A DNA stretch of 64,000 nt from an uncultured Chlorobiota bacterium. GTDB taxonomy: Bacteria; Bacteroidota; Bacteroidia; Bacteroidales; JAADGE01. The stretch is from the NCBI GenBank assembly GCA_947311255.1, contig CAMZKL010000031.1:28024-92023 (forward strand), given 5' to 3'. The notes below the pieces were generated by a model. That model saw nothing but the letters and a program-made list of their open reading frames with translations. It was not told the DNA's origin and made no database searches. Shown here in pieces: positions 9,655-18,094 of the stretch. The translations under genes were made by a program, and so were the position numbers. Numbering within the stretch: the stretch's first letter is position 1; every line of letters starts with the position of its first letter.

Positions 9655-11067
9655 TTATTGATTAATAATAAACTCGACTCTTCTGTTGTTTTGTCTTCCT
9701 GCTCTTGTTTTGTTTGTGTCAATTGGTCTGTCGCTTCCGTAACCAACAGCTTTTAATCTAGAAGCTGAAATACCTTTATTAATTATATATTGTTTTACTG
9801 CATCTGCACGTGCTTGTGATAATGTTTTGTTTTTGTCATAGTTTCCAGTATTGTCAGTATGTCCTTCAACAAAGAATTTTACATTTGGATAGGTGTTCAT
9901 TATTGAAATTACATTATCAATATCTTTATATGAAGTTGTTTTTATTGTTGATTTGCCTGTATTGAATTGAATATTTTTAGCACTAAATCTAATTTTATCT
10001 TCAATTTCTTTTTTCTTTTTTTCTTTCATTTTAGGGCAACCTTTCATAGCAACTGTTCCTGCTTTGTCTGGGCAATTGTCTTTGCTGTCAACAATACCAT
10101 CGCCGTCTCTGTCTGGGCATCCGTTTGCAGATTTGTGACCTTTAACTTTTGGACATTTGTCATTTTTGTCAGCAATCCCATCTCCATCAGTGTCAGGGCA
10201 ACCATTGAATTTAGCTAAACCTTTTACTTTTGGGCAGTCATCATTTTTATCGGCAATACCGTCTCCATCAGTGTCGGGGCAACCTTTAAATTCTGTAAGA
10301 CCTTTTACTTTTGGGCAGTCATCATTTTTATCGGCAATACCATCACCATCAGAATCAGGGCATCCATTAAATTTTGCATCTCCTTTTGTATTTGGACAAT
10401 CATCATTTTTGTCGGCAATACCGTCTCCGTCAGAATCTGGACAGCCTTTAAATATTTCTAAACCAGCAACATCAGGGCATTCGTCTTTTTTGTCTGATAT
10501 TCCGTCTCCATCTCTGTCTGCACCTTTGCCAAGTCTAATTTTAATACCAAATGTTGTTTCATAATAGTTGTCTAAATCAAATCCGTAGTTGTAACCTGTT
10601 TCAGCATTAATAGCAAGGTATTCGTTTACCCAGAAATTAAGACCTAAACCTCCGTTTACAACAGGGCTTTTAACATTATCTAGAATGAATAAGCCTCCAT
10701 TACCAAATAAATAAGGATCAAACCAATGGTCATCATCCATTAAAAAACTTAAGAAACGAACTTGTACTCCTGCATCCCATTTCCAATAATCTTTGTCCGT
10801 TATAGGCTTGTTATACTTTTCAATATCGCCTAAGGTAAAGGATGTAGCTATGTTTATTGGCTTGATTAGGTTGTAAGCAAGATTAAAATGTGTGGGACCA
10901 GCATAGAAATTAACATGGTCTTTTTCATAGAGACCTCCACCGTCAGGTCCAAAATAGTCGTTCAAAGTAGCACTTATGCCAAATGCAAATTTTTTAGTTT
11001 CGTTTTGTGCAAAACTCATATTTGCCACTAGTGTAAGAATAAAAATTGTAACAATTAACTTTCTCAT
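9655..11067 (-). CDS. OmpA-family protein with thrombospondin type-3 repeats (paralog of 8032..9477)
   Basis: Same architecture as 8032..9477. The C-terminal 120 or so residues are near-identical between the two, ending RAGRQNNRRVEFIINQ. Confidence 0.85.
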   Translation of the reverse strand: MRKLIVTIFILTLVANMSFAQNETKKFAFGISATLNDYFGPDGGGLYEKDHVNFYAGPTHFNLAYNLIKPINIATSFTLGDIEKYNKPITDKDYWKWDAGVQVRFLSFLMDDDHWFDPYLFGNGGLFILDNVKSPVVNGGLGLNFWVNEYLAINAETGYNYGFDLDNYYETTFGIKIRLGKGADRDGDGISDKKDECPDVAGLEIFKGCPDSDGDGIADKNDDCPNTKGDAKFNGCPDSDGDGIADKNDDCPKVKGLTEFKGCPDTDGDGIADKNDDCPKVKGLAKFNGCPDTDGDGIADKNDKCPKVKGHKSANGCPDRDGDGIVDSKDNCPDKAGTVAMKGCPKMKEKKKKEIEDKIRFSAKNIQFNTGKSTIKTTSYKDIDNVISIMNTYPNVKFFVEGHTDNTGNYDKNKTLSQARADAVKQYIINKGISASRLKAVGYGSDRPIDTNKTRAGRQNNRRVEFIINQ

Positions 11068-11193
11068 AAATAATAAATTTAGTGAATAAATAATATAAAA
11101 TATTTTTGTTTATTTTGTTGTAAAATAGTATTATTAATACAACTTAACAAAAATATTAAATTATAACAGAAAAAAAAAATAATCTGTTATTAA

Positions 11194-12063
11194 TTATTCA
11201 TTTATAGAGTCGATATAAATTGTTGTTTCAAATTGCTTAACATTTTTGATTTTTTTTATTATACGACTTGTAATGGAATTGGATTCTTTAACTGTCATGT
11301 TATCAGGGAGATATATGTGGAATGTTAATTCGGAATGATTTACGTAATTATGTAGATGTATTTTATGGATTTTAACATCGAATCCTGCTGTTTCGTTTGA
11401 GATTTTTTTTAAACTTTCTATTGTTTTTTTATCGCAAGATTCACCGATAATTGCGTTTGCAGTTTCTTTTATAATTATATATGCAGTATGAAGAATAAAA
11501 AAAGATACTATTATTCCTAGTATTCCATCAATTAACGGGAAGTATGGATTAATAAAAATTCCAATTAAAATTAATATTGATGAGATTGCATCTGAACGAT
11601 GGTGCCAGGCGTCTGCTTTAAGTGACAGATAGCCTGTTTTTCTTGCTGTATAAAATGCGTATTGTGCTAACAATTCTTTAATCAAAATAGATATTGATAT
11701 TACTATGATTGATATTGTTCCAAAAACTGCAACTTCGTGGTTTTTTAAAGATTTTATTGATTCTGAAAAGAAATTAAAAGCAACTACTGACAAAAAGACT
11801 CCAATTATTATTGATGTTATTAATTCTACTCTGCCATGTCCAAAAGGGTGGTTTTTGTCTGGTGGTTTTGAAGATATTTTTGTGCCAATTATAACGGCAA
11901 TTGAACTAAATGAATCTGTTAGAGAATGCCATGCATCACTAATTAGTGCAATAGAACCAGATATTGTTCCAGCCCAATATTTTATTACAAATAATATTAG
12001 GTTTGCAAATATTGAAACCCATCCTTCTGAATATGCAAGTTTTTTTTTATTTATTTTTTTCAT
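11194..12063 (-). CDS. cation diffusion facilitator (CDF) family transporter
   Basis: HSLTDSFSS and HHRSDAISS metal-site motifs, six TM segments and a C-terminal cytoplasmic domain. Confidence 0.85.
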   Translation of the reverse strand: MKKINKKKLAYSEGWVSIFANLILFVIKYWAGTISGSIALISDAWHSLTDSFSSIAVIIGTKISSKPPDKNHPFGHGRVELITSIIIGVFLSVVAFNFFSESIKSLKNHEVAVFGTISIIVISISILIKELLAQYAFYTARKTGYLSLKADAWHHRSDAISSILILIGIFINPYFPLIDGILGIIVSFFILHTAYIIIKETANAIIGESCDKKTIESLKKISNETAGFDVKIHKIHLHNYVNHSELTFHIYLPDNMTVKESNSITSRIIKKIKNVKQFETTIYIDSINE

Positions 12064-12079
12064 TTAATTAATTGAAATA

Positions 12080-12826
12080 TTATTTCATAATTTTTAAAAA
12101 TGATTTAACAGCAATCCAATACTCTTGATTTCCTTCTTTTTTTGTCCAAAGTGCTTTTGATCCATGAAAGCCTTTGCTTTTAGGAATAAATTGAATACTT
12201 TTTCTGTTTTTTATGTTTTTAAATATTTCTGAACATTCGGGAGCTTCTTTTTTTGATGATGCTATAAAAACAGGACAATCAACTTCTTTTGCCCAATCTG
12301 ATATTTTTTTATTTTCAAATTCAAAATATTCTCCGGGAGAAAATGAAAGAACTGCATTTATCTCTTTGTGTTTTGAAGCAAGTATGAAAACTAAACTTGA
12401 TGAGTAGGAACTTCCTAAGACTATAATTTTTTTTGGATTATAGTTTTTTTTAATGTATTCTAAACTTGCTTCTAAATCTGGAAAAGCATCAGGATATTTT
12501 GTTTTCATACCCTTACTTTGTGCATCTTTGTAGGTTTTATTATTAATTCCATTTACTTTTTTCCCGCTTCTTTGGTCTATTGCTATACAGTTAAATCCCA
12601 GCTCATTTAATTTTGGTGCTGTTTCAATATATTCTCCTCTGCTGAACCATGCTTGATGAAATAGTAAAATAAAAGGAGCATTAATGTTTTCTGTTAAGTA
12701 TATGTCGGCAGTTATTTGAACATTATCTTTTGATTTAAATGTTACTTCTTTTTTGTTTTGAGAATAGCTTGATATAAAAATAAAAGTAATGATTATTAAA
12801 AAACTGAATTTTAAAATGTGTTTCAT
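12080..12826 (-). CDS. secreted alpha/beta hydrolase (dienelactone-hydrolase-like)
   Basis: Signal peptide, a nucleophile-elbow-like LGSSYSS motif and a C-terminal His region (GFHGS). Confidence 0.65.
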   Translation of the reverse strand: MKHILKFSFLIIITFIFISSYSQNKKEVTFKSKDNVQITADIYLTENINAPFILLFHQAWFSRGEYIETAPKLNELGFNCIAIDQRSGKKVNGINNKTYKDAQSKGMKTKYPDAFPDLEASLEYIKKNYNPKKIIVLGSSYSSSLVFILASKHKEINAVLSFSPGEYFEFENKKISDWAKEVDCPVFIASSKKEAPECSEIFKNIKNRKSIQFIPKSKGFHGSKALWTKKEGNQEYWIAVKSFLKIMK

Positions 12827-13097
12827 GTGTTTGAAAAGGTTAAAAGTTTGAAAGTATAAAGTTAAATTACATGAAAAAAAACTCTTTTTAGTAATGCACG
12901 TGAGTGTTTATAGCCCTAACTTAAGCTGGGTGTTAATAATGTTGAGCATCAAAAAAACAACTTTATTTGTTTTTTTATTTATTGAGTTTCAACATTTTCA
13001 TAAAACAAAATTTTTCGTTGTCGGTAAATTTAAAAATTAGTCGGATAACAACGATTATTTTTTTAATTTTTATGCAATATACTTAAATTTTAATTAA

Positions 13098-13136
13098 AAA
13101 GACAGCATTATTTGAACAAAAAATGCTGTCTTTTTT
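13098..13136 (-). terminator. hairpin terminator downstream of the DUF59 gene
   Basis: 12-bp stem aaagacagcatt / aatgctgtcttt with A/T runs on both flanks. Confidence 0.55.
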
Positions 13137-13153
13137 ATATTTGGAAAATCTAT

Positions 13154-13471
13154 TTACATATTTAAAAATAATTTTCCATCTTCAGTTATCATTTCTGGTG
13201 TCCATTGAGGTTCCCATGTTAATTCCACTTTAACTTCATGGTCAGGCAGAAAAGCTTTAACAACTGTTTCAACGTGTTGCATTATTGTATCGCCAACAGG
13301 ACAACCTCTTGCAGATAGGGTCATTTTAATAAAAATACTTTTGTCTTCTTCTTTGTGTTCTACTTCGTAAATAAGACCTAAATCAACAATGTTTACTTCT
13401 ACTTCCGGGTCTGGAATTGTTTTTAATCTTTCTAATATTTGTTTTTCTGTAATTGATAAATTTTCTAACAT
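13154..13471 (-). CDS. DUF59 / metal-sulfur cluster assembly factor (SufT/PaaD-like)
   Basis: 105 aa with DPEVEVNIVDLGLIY and the conserved Cys in LSARGCPVGD. Confidence 0.8.
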   Translation of the reverse strand: MLENLSITEKQILERLKTIPDPEVEVNIVDLGLIYEVEHKEEDKSIFIKMTLSARGCPVGDTIMQHVETVVKAFLPDHEVKVELTWEPQWTPEMITEDGKLFLNM

Positions 13472-13530
13472 CTTTTTATTGTTTATTTGTTAATGTTTAA
13501 AATGTTTCATTTAAATTATTTTGTATGTTG

Positions 13531-14832
13531 CTAATTGTCAAGCGGTTCTAGTTTTTCTTTATGAAATAAAATCATTAAAGTATTATAAGCATAAAGTAAG
13601 GCTGTTATTAAAAATGCTATTGAACTAATTTGAATTATTATACTTTCTTTTGCAAAAATACCTATAAATAGTGAGAAAATGGCAATGATAAAAGAGTAAT
13701 AATGAGCATTTGCAATTTTTTCAGAATATATGTGTGCCGGCATCGGGATTTTAAATTTTCCTACTTTATCAGAATAAAATTTTAGCCAAACTATAAAGGG
13801 TAGGGTTTTATACATTTGTCCTAAAATTAATGAAGTTAAAAAACCAAATAGTAAACTTACTCCGTAGGCTGTGTTAAAACTCATATTAAAATCTTTTAGT
13901 GTATCTAAATTAAGAATTGATAAAATTCCGAAAAGAAAAGTTGAAAATAATAATATAAACGAAAATACTGAAAGTTTCATTCCTATATCAAGTTTTTTAC
14001 GAAGGCGTTTTTTATATGCTTCGTAATTATAGATTACAAAAAATATCATACCTGATAATAAAACTAAAGCCGAAATTATTTTCGACCAAGAATTTATATC
14101 GATATATAGTGTAATAATTAATGCAGCTAGTCCTATATTTGAAAAGTAATATGATAGTTTTAAAAGTTTTCTATTAAGTTTGTGAGCAATAAAAAACATT
14201 GGCAAAAGTGTACTAGAAACCCCAATTACAAGCATCATAAACCAACCTACGATTCCTATTTGAACATGAATCTTTAGTAATTCTAAATTTGATTTTGGAA
14301 TAAAATTCAATGCGGTATTCATAGTTATAAAAATTCCCATAGAAACTGTTAATGTTAGCCAAATTGCTGAAGTAACAATAAAAGTATTTTCTATTGTTTT
14401 TTGTTTAGTTTTTAAGGCACTCATAAAAACATTTATCAAGAATAAGAATATTGAGACAAATACTAATGTTCCTCCAACTTGCATATAAATAGTTTCTCCA
14501 ATGTATGAATTCCAAAAGCTGTACGCTAATAATATGGTGCCAGGAACAAGAGTATATAAGCTAATATGTGCTAATATTTCGCTGTAAAGTTTAATTTCCA
14601 TAACTACCGGAATTAATTGGTATAATGCACCAAAAATTATTATTGTTATCCATCCTAAAATTATAATGTGTGTCATACTCAAAACCTTTGGTCCTATGTA
14701 TGAGTTTGCCATATCTCCTGCCGAAAAAAACATCATTATTGATGCTATTATAAAAAATATTGCACCAATAGCATAGTGTGGTAAAACTACGCTTGGAGAG
14801 GGTGCATTTTTAGTACTTAATCCTGCTTGCAT
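13531..14832 (-). CDS. polytopic membrane protein of unknown function (about 12 TM, several TM-embedded His)
   Basis: 433 aa and highly hydrophobic. His residues occur in MTHIIILGW, LAHISL, KIHVQIGIVGW, IAHKLN and PAHIY..NAHYY. I cannot establish homology. Confidence 0.6.
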   Translation of the reverse strand: MQAGLSTKNAPSPSVVLPHYAIGAIFFIIASIMMFFSAGDMANSYIGPKVLSMTHIIILGWITIIIFGALYQLIPVVMEIKLYSEILAHISLYTLVPGTILLAYSFWNSYIGETIYMQVGGTLVFVSIFLFLINVFMSALKTKQKTIENTFIVTSAIWLTLTVSMGIFITMNTALNFIPKSNLELLKIHVQIGIVGWFMMLVIGVSSTLLPMFFIAHKLNRKLLKLSYYFSNIGLAALIITLYIDINSWSKIISALVLLSGMIFFVIYNYEAYKKRLRKKLDIGMKLSVFSFILLFSTFLFGILSILNLDTLKDFNMSFNTAYGVSLLFGFLTSLILGQMYKTLPFIVWLKFYSDKVGKFKIPMPAHIYSEKIANAHYYSFIIAIFSLFIGIFAKESIIIQISSIAFLITALLYAYNTLMILFHKEKLEPLDN

Positions 14833-14870
14833 ATCTTATTCTTTTTTGTATTTTTTTTAATCTGTAAGTT

Positions 14871-15674
14871 TTATTTTTTAAATATTATAAATTTCATATT
14901 ACTTTCATCTATTTCTTTGTTAACATATGCCCAACCACGTGTTTCAAGTTCCGGAAGAAGGTATTGAGGAAGTCTTTTATGATGCACGTAAAGAACTTCG
15001 TCTTCTTTAATTTTTTCAATTTCTTGAAGAATTGTAACCATTGGAAGTGGCATTTCTAAATCTCTAACATCAATAATATGCATTTTATTTTTATATTTTT
15101 CTTCCATTTGTTCAAAAGTAGGATTGTTGTTATTCTCAATCTTTTCAATTGTATCATCTTCTCCATCGTTAACTTTTGTTAAATATGTATGAACAGTTGT
15201 GTCATCCGGTCTTTCAACTTCGTATTCGTAACCTTGTTTTTTTAACTTATTCAACAAAGGAACGGGTTCAAAAGTGTTAATAATTAACAAACTTTCATTT
15301 TCTTTGTCCATTGTTTTTAAAGTGTCCATTATTGCATGATATGGGTCAGTTCCTGTTGAAAGTATAGGACGAACATCAAGTGTTAAAATTTTATTCTTTT
15401 TCATTATTATTTTATTTTCAGTTTTAAAATTATTTTCTTTTGAAGAAGAATACTCTACTTCAAAACCTATTGCTTCTAACTTTTTTAGAATTTCATTTGA
15501 AGTAGTTCCTCCAATTTTTGCTGCATCTTTTATGCTTACTCTTGGAGCAAATAATTTCCTAAGAAAAGGATTTTGTAGTTTCTTGAAATTTTTATTTACA
15601 GAAGCTATTGTATCGATAGCTTTTTTGTTTTCATCTAAAATTTTAGAAACCTTTGTTTCTTTGTTAATAAGCAT
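14871..15674 (-). CDS. DUF1858 + two DUF2249 domains protein
   Basis: The N-terminal about 70 aa resemble DUF1858. Two DUF2249-like modules follow (LDVRPILSTGTDPYHAIMDT... and IDVRDLEMPLPMVTILQE...). Confidence 0.65.
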   Translation of the reverse strand: MLINKETKVSKILDENKKAIDTIASVNKNFKKLQNPFLRKLFAPRVSIKDAAKIGGTTSNEILKKLEAIGFEVEYSSSKENNFKTENKIIMKKNKILTLDVRPILSTGTDPYHAIMDTLKTMDKENESLLIINTFEPVPLLNKLKKQGYEYEVERPDDTTVHTYLTKVNDGEDDTIEKIENNNNPTFEQMEEKYKNKMHIIDVRDLEMPLPMVTILQEIEKIKEDEVLYVHHKRLPQYLLPELETRGWAYVNKEIDESNMKFIIFKK

Positions 15675-15732
15675 TCTTATTTAGATTAAATTAAAATAGA
15701 CCACAAAAGTAATTTATTTTTTTAATTTTCAC

Positions 15733-15750
15733 ATACCTATATTTAGGTAT
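15733..15750. promoter_or_regulatory. 18-bp palindrome ATACCTA-TATT-TAGGTAT upstream of the DUF1858 operon
   Basis: Perfect 7-bp arms, 59-76 nt upstream of the start at 15674. Confidence 0.3.
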
Positions 15751-15837
15751 TTTTAAGGAAAAGATCGTATAAAACTGATTAAATATTTATTAAGGGATTT
15801 TATACTTAGTATTACTTACTTTGTGTAGGAACTTTAA

Positions 15838-17313
15838 TTATTTGTTTGTAATTATAAATTCTTGGACAATTTTTTTATTATATGCTTTCCAAGCTCCTCT
15901 GTAATCTCTTGCAGAAATCTTTATGAAATTTTCCATTCTTTCAGAATTTAGTTCTTTTAATAATCTTTTGTTATTTCCTTCATATTTTATGCAATACCCT
16001 GAATAAAAAGTAGCTTCTGAATTGTTATGAAATATAAAATTAGGTTTCTTATTCATAGGAGAAAACAATATTTTCTTACCAAAACTTGTAACTAATCCCT
16101 GACTTCTTCCATAAGCATACCAAGCAACTGAATTAGTTTTTCCATTATCTCTTTTGTCTAAAATATCTTTTACCGAAAGTAAATAATTATAGCTTAAAGG
16201 ATATTTGATTTTTAATTCATTTTCAGGAATAATTGTTCCTTTTTCTTTTGTAGTTGTATATGGAAAAATAATATATTCAGTAATTGTTTCTTTTGCCGAT
16301 TTTAATTTAGAAACTTTAATTATAGGTTTTAAAATTCCTTTTTCAAGTTTTATAATACCGTTAAATTTAGATTGTAAATAAATATATTTATCAACTTTTT
16401 TAACACATGGCATTATGAAGATTTTGTCAGCAAGAGTTGTTATTCCCACATGAATATTTGCTATGTCGCCAAGACGTTTTCCGGTTTCTTTATTTTTCTT
16501 TGTTAGTGAAAGTTGCCAAAAATTAGTATCTCTAAGTTCATTAAAATAAATTTGCCTTTGTTTAAATTCTGTTTTGTTAATTGCAGATTGAAATAAAAAA
16601 TTATTATTTTTTTGTTTTGTGAAAATTACTATTGCACTGTAAGTTGTGGCATTATTAAATAGTTGTAAATGACCGTAGTTTGTAATTTGTTTAATATTGC
16701 AATTAGTTTCAAAATATTTCCGTAAAGGCTTTGCTGTTTCTGTTTGAAAAAAAGTATTTGGTGAGATAAATGCACAAATTCCGGAGTTTTTAAGTAAATT
16801 TATTGCGAGTTCATAAAATGCAATGTAAATATCTGTTGAGCCGGATTTGCAGAATTTATAATTATTCTGTATAAATATTCTTTCTTCAATTTCGAGGTGC
16901 TGTATTCTAATGTATGGAGGATTTCCTACAATAAAATCAAATTTTTGTTTTGTTATAGTATTTATTTTTAAAGAATTTTTAGTTTTTAGATTCCAGTTTA
17001 TATTAATATTGTATGGTTCAATAAGTTTATTTAATTTTTCTTTTGCCACAGAAACTGCTTTTTTGTCAGTATCCCATCCATATATTTTTGAAAGATTATC
17101 ACAAATATTTTCAGGTTTAGAATATTTAATAATTCTTTCAGCAATTTTTAGAAGAAAACGTCCATCGCCACATGCAGGGTCAAGTATTGTTTTTCCAAGA
17201 ATTTTTTTTGAATTATATTTTATATCGTCAAGAATTTTTTCAACAATAAAAAAAGGTGTAAATATTTGTCCTGTAAGTTTTTCTTTAGAGTATGTTTTTA
17301 CTAGTGAACCCAT
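15838..17313 (-). CDS. N6-adenine DNA methyltransferase (gamma class, Eco57I/TaqI-like) with C-terminal target-recognition domain
   Basis: Motif I is LDPACGDGRFL and motif IV is GNPPYIRIQ. Total length 491 aa. Confidence 0.85.
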   Translation of the reverse strand: MGSLVKTYSKEKLTGQIFTPFFIVEKILDDIKYNSKKILGKTILDPACGDGRFLLKIAERIIKYSKPENICDNLSKIYGWDTDKKAVSVAKEKLNKLIEPYNININWNLKTKNSLKINTITKQKFDFIVGNPPYIRIQHLEIEERIFIQNNYKFCKSGSTDIYIAFYELAINLLKNSGICAFISPNTFFQTETAKPLRKYFETNCNIKQITNYGHLQLFNNATTYSAIVIFTKQKNNNFLFQSAINKTEFKQRQIYFNELRDTNFWQLSLTKKNKETGKRLGDIANIHVGITTLADKIFIMPCVKKVDKYIYLQSKFNGIIKLEKGILKPIIKVSKLKSAKETITEYIIFPYTTTKEKGTIIPENELKIKYPLSYNYLLSVKDILDKRDNGKTNSVAWYAYGRSQGLVTSFGKKILFSPMNKKPNFIFHNNSEATFYSGYCIKYEGNNKRLLKELNSERMENFIKISARDYRGAWKAYNKKIVQEFIITNK

Positions 17314-17996
17314 TATTTTTTTAAATTATAAGTTTTAAAACTGTTGAACGCTTTGATTCTTTTACTTGTAAATGGTGTTGAAATATCTTTGAAAAATATC
17401 TCAAAAGTATCTTCATGAAAAACAAAACTTGTTCCGTTTCCTCTTACTCTTCTAGTCCCTTTTTTATATAAGATTCCAATTTTATTTTTAGTAATTTCAT
17501 CTTTTGAAACATAGCCCAAAATTGATGCAATAGTATTTTTGTTTTCTGTGTGTAAACTTATGCAGTAATAAAAATCGGTCAAACTATCTTTTCTTGTAAT
17601 GTTTCTTGCAGGGATATTTAAAACGTAATTTTCAAAAAATAGATTTGTTTTTCTATGCATTGTTTTAACATCAAAATTCATTTTTTTATTTTTAAATTGA
17701 ATTTCAAAATCTTTTCCAAAATCTTGTCCATCAATTGCACCAAAGGAACGTTCAGGTCTTTTAAGTTTATATAAATCTGCAAAAACAATTTCTCCAATTG
17801 TGCCGGTTAATCTTAATTCTGATGTTTTGTCTTTTTTATTAGTATCCCAAATGTTTTTTATAGGATGATGTTTTAAAGAAAAATCAACTAATTCTTTTGC
17901 ATACTTAATTTGTTCAAAGCTCACATTAATTGAAAAGTAGAATTTATTTTGCATCTTCAATAAATTATGGTCAAATATACGTATTTTTATTTTCAC
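17313..17996 (-). CDS. candidate type II restriction endonuclease (PD-(D/E)xK-like)
   Basis: Its stop overlaps the methyltransferase ATG by 1 nt (TAATG). It carries GEIVFADLY...IDGQDFG...FDVKT, consistent with an E...D...DxK core. The start could be M15 (17954). Confidence 0.55.
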   Translation of the reverse strand: MKIKIRIFDHNLLKMQNKFYFSINVSFEQIKYAKELVDFSLKHHPIKNIWDTNKKDKTSELRLTGTIGEIVFADLYKLKRPERSFGAIDGQDFGKDFEIQFKNKKMNFDVKTMHRKTNLFFENYVLNIPARNITRKDSLTDFYYCISLHTENKNTIASILGYVSKDEITKNKIGILYKKGTRRVRGNGTSFVFHEDTFEIFFKDISTPFTSKRIKAFNSFKTYNLKK

Positions 17997-18066
17997 TTTT
18001 TTATTCTAATTTTTAAAATCTAATTAAATGAAAAATAAAAATTTTATAAACATATTTTTGTTTTTA

Positions 18067-18074
18067 TATATTTG
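18067..18074 (+). promoter_or_regulatory. candidate -7 box (TATATTTG)
   Basis: Matches TAnnTTTG, 21 nt upstream of the ATG at 18095. Confidence 0.4.
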
Positions 18075-18094
18075 TAGCTTTTCAAAGAAAATAA

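Noticed and set aside
13014-13065. + strand hairpin tcgttgt/acaacga plus T-run, as the terminator of an sRNA in the 327-bp gap
   Set aside because: The stem is only 7 bp with a 26-nt loop. There is no upstream + strand promoter box or gene, so the evidence is too weak.
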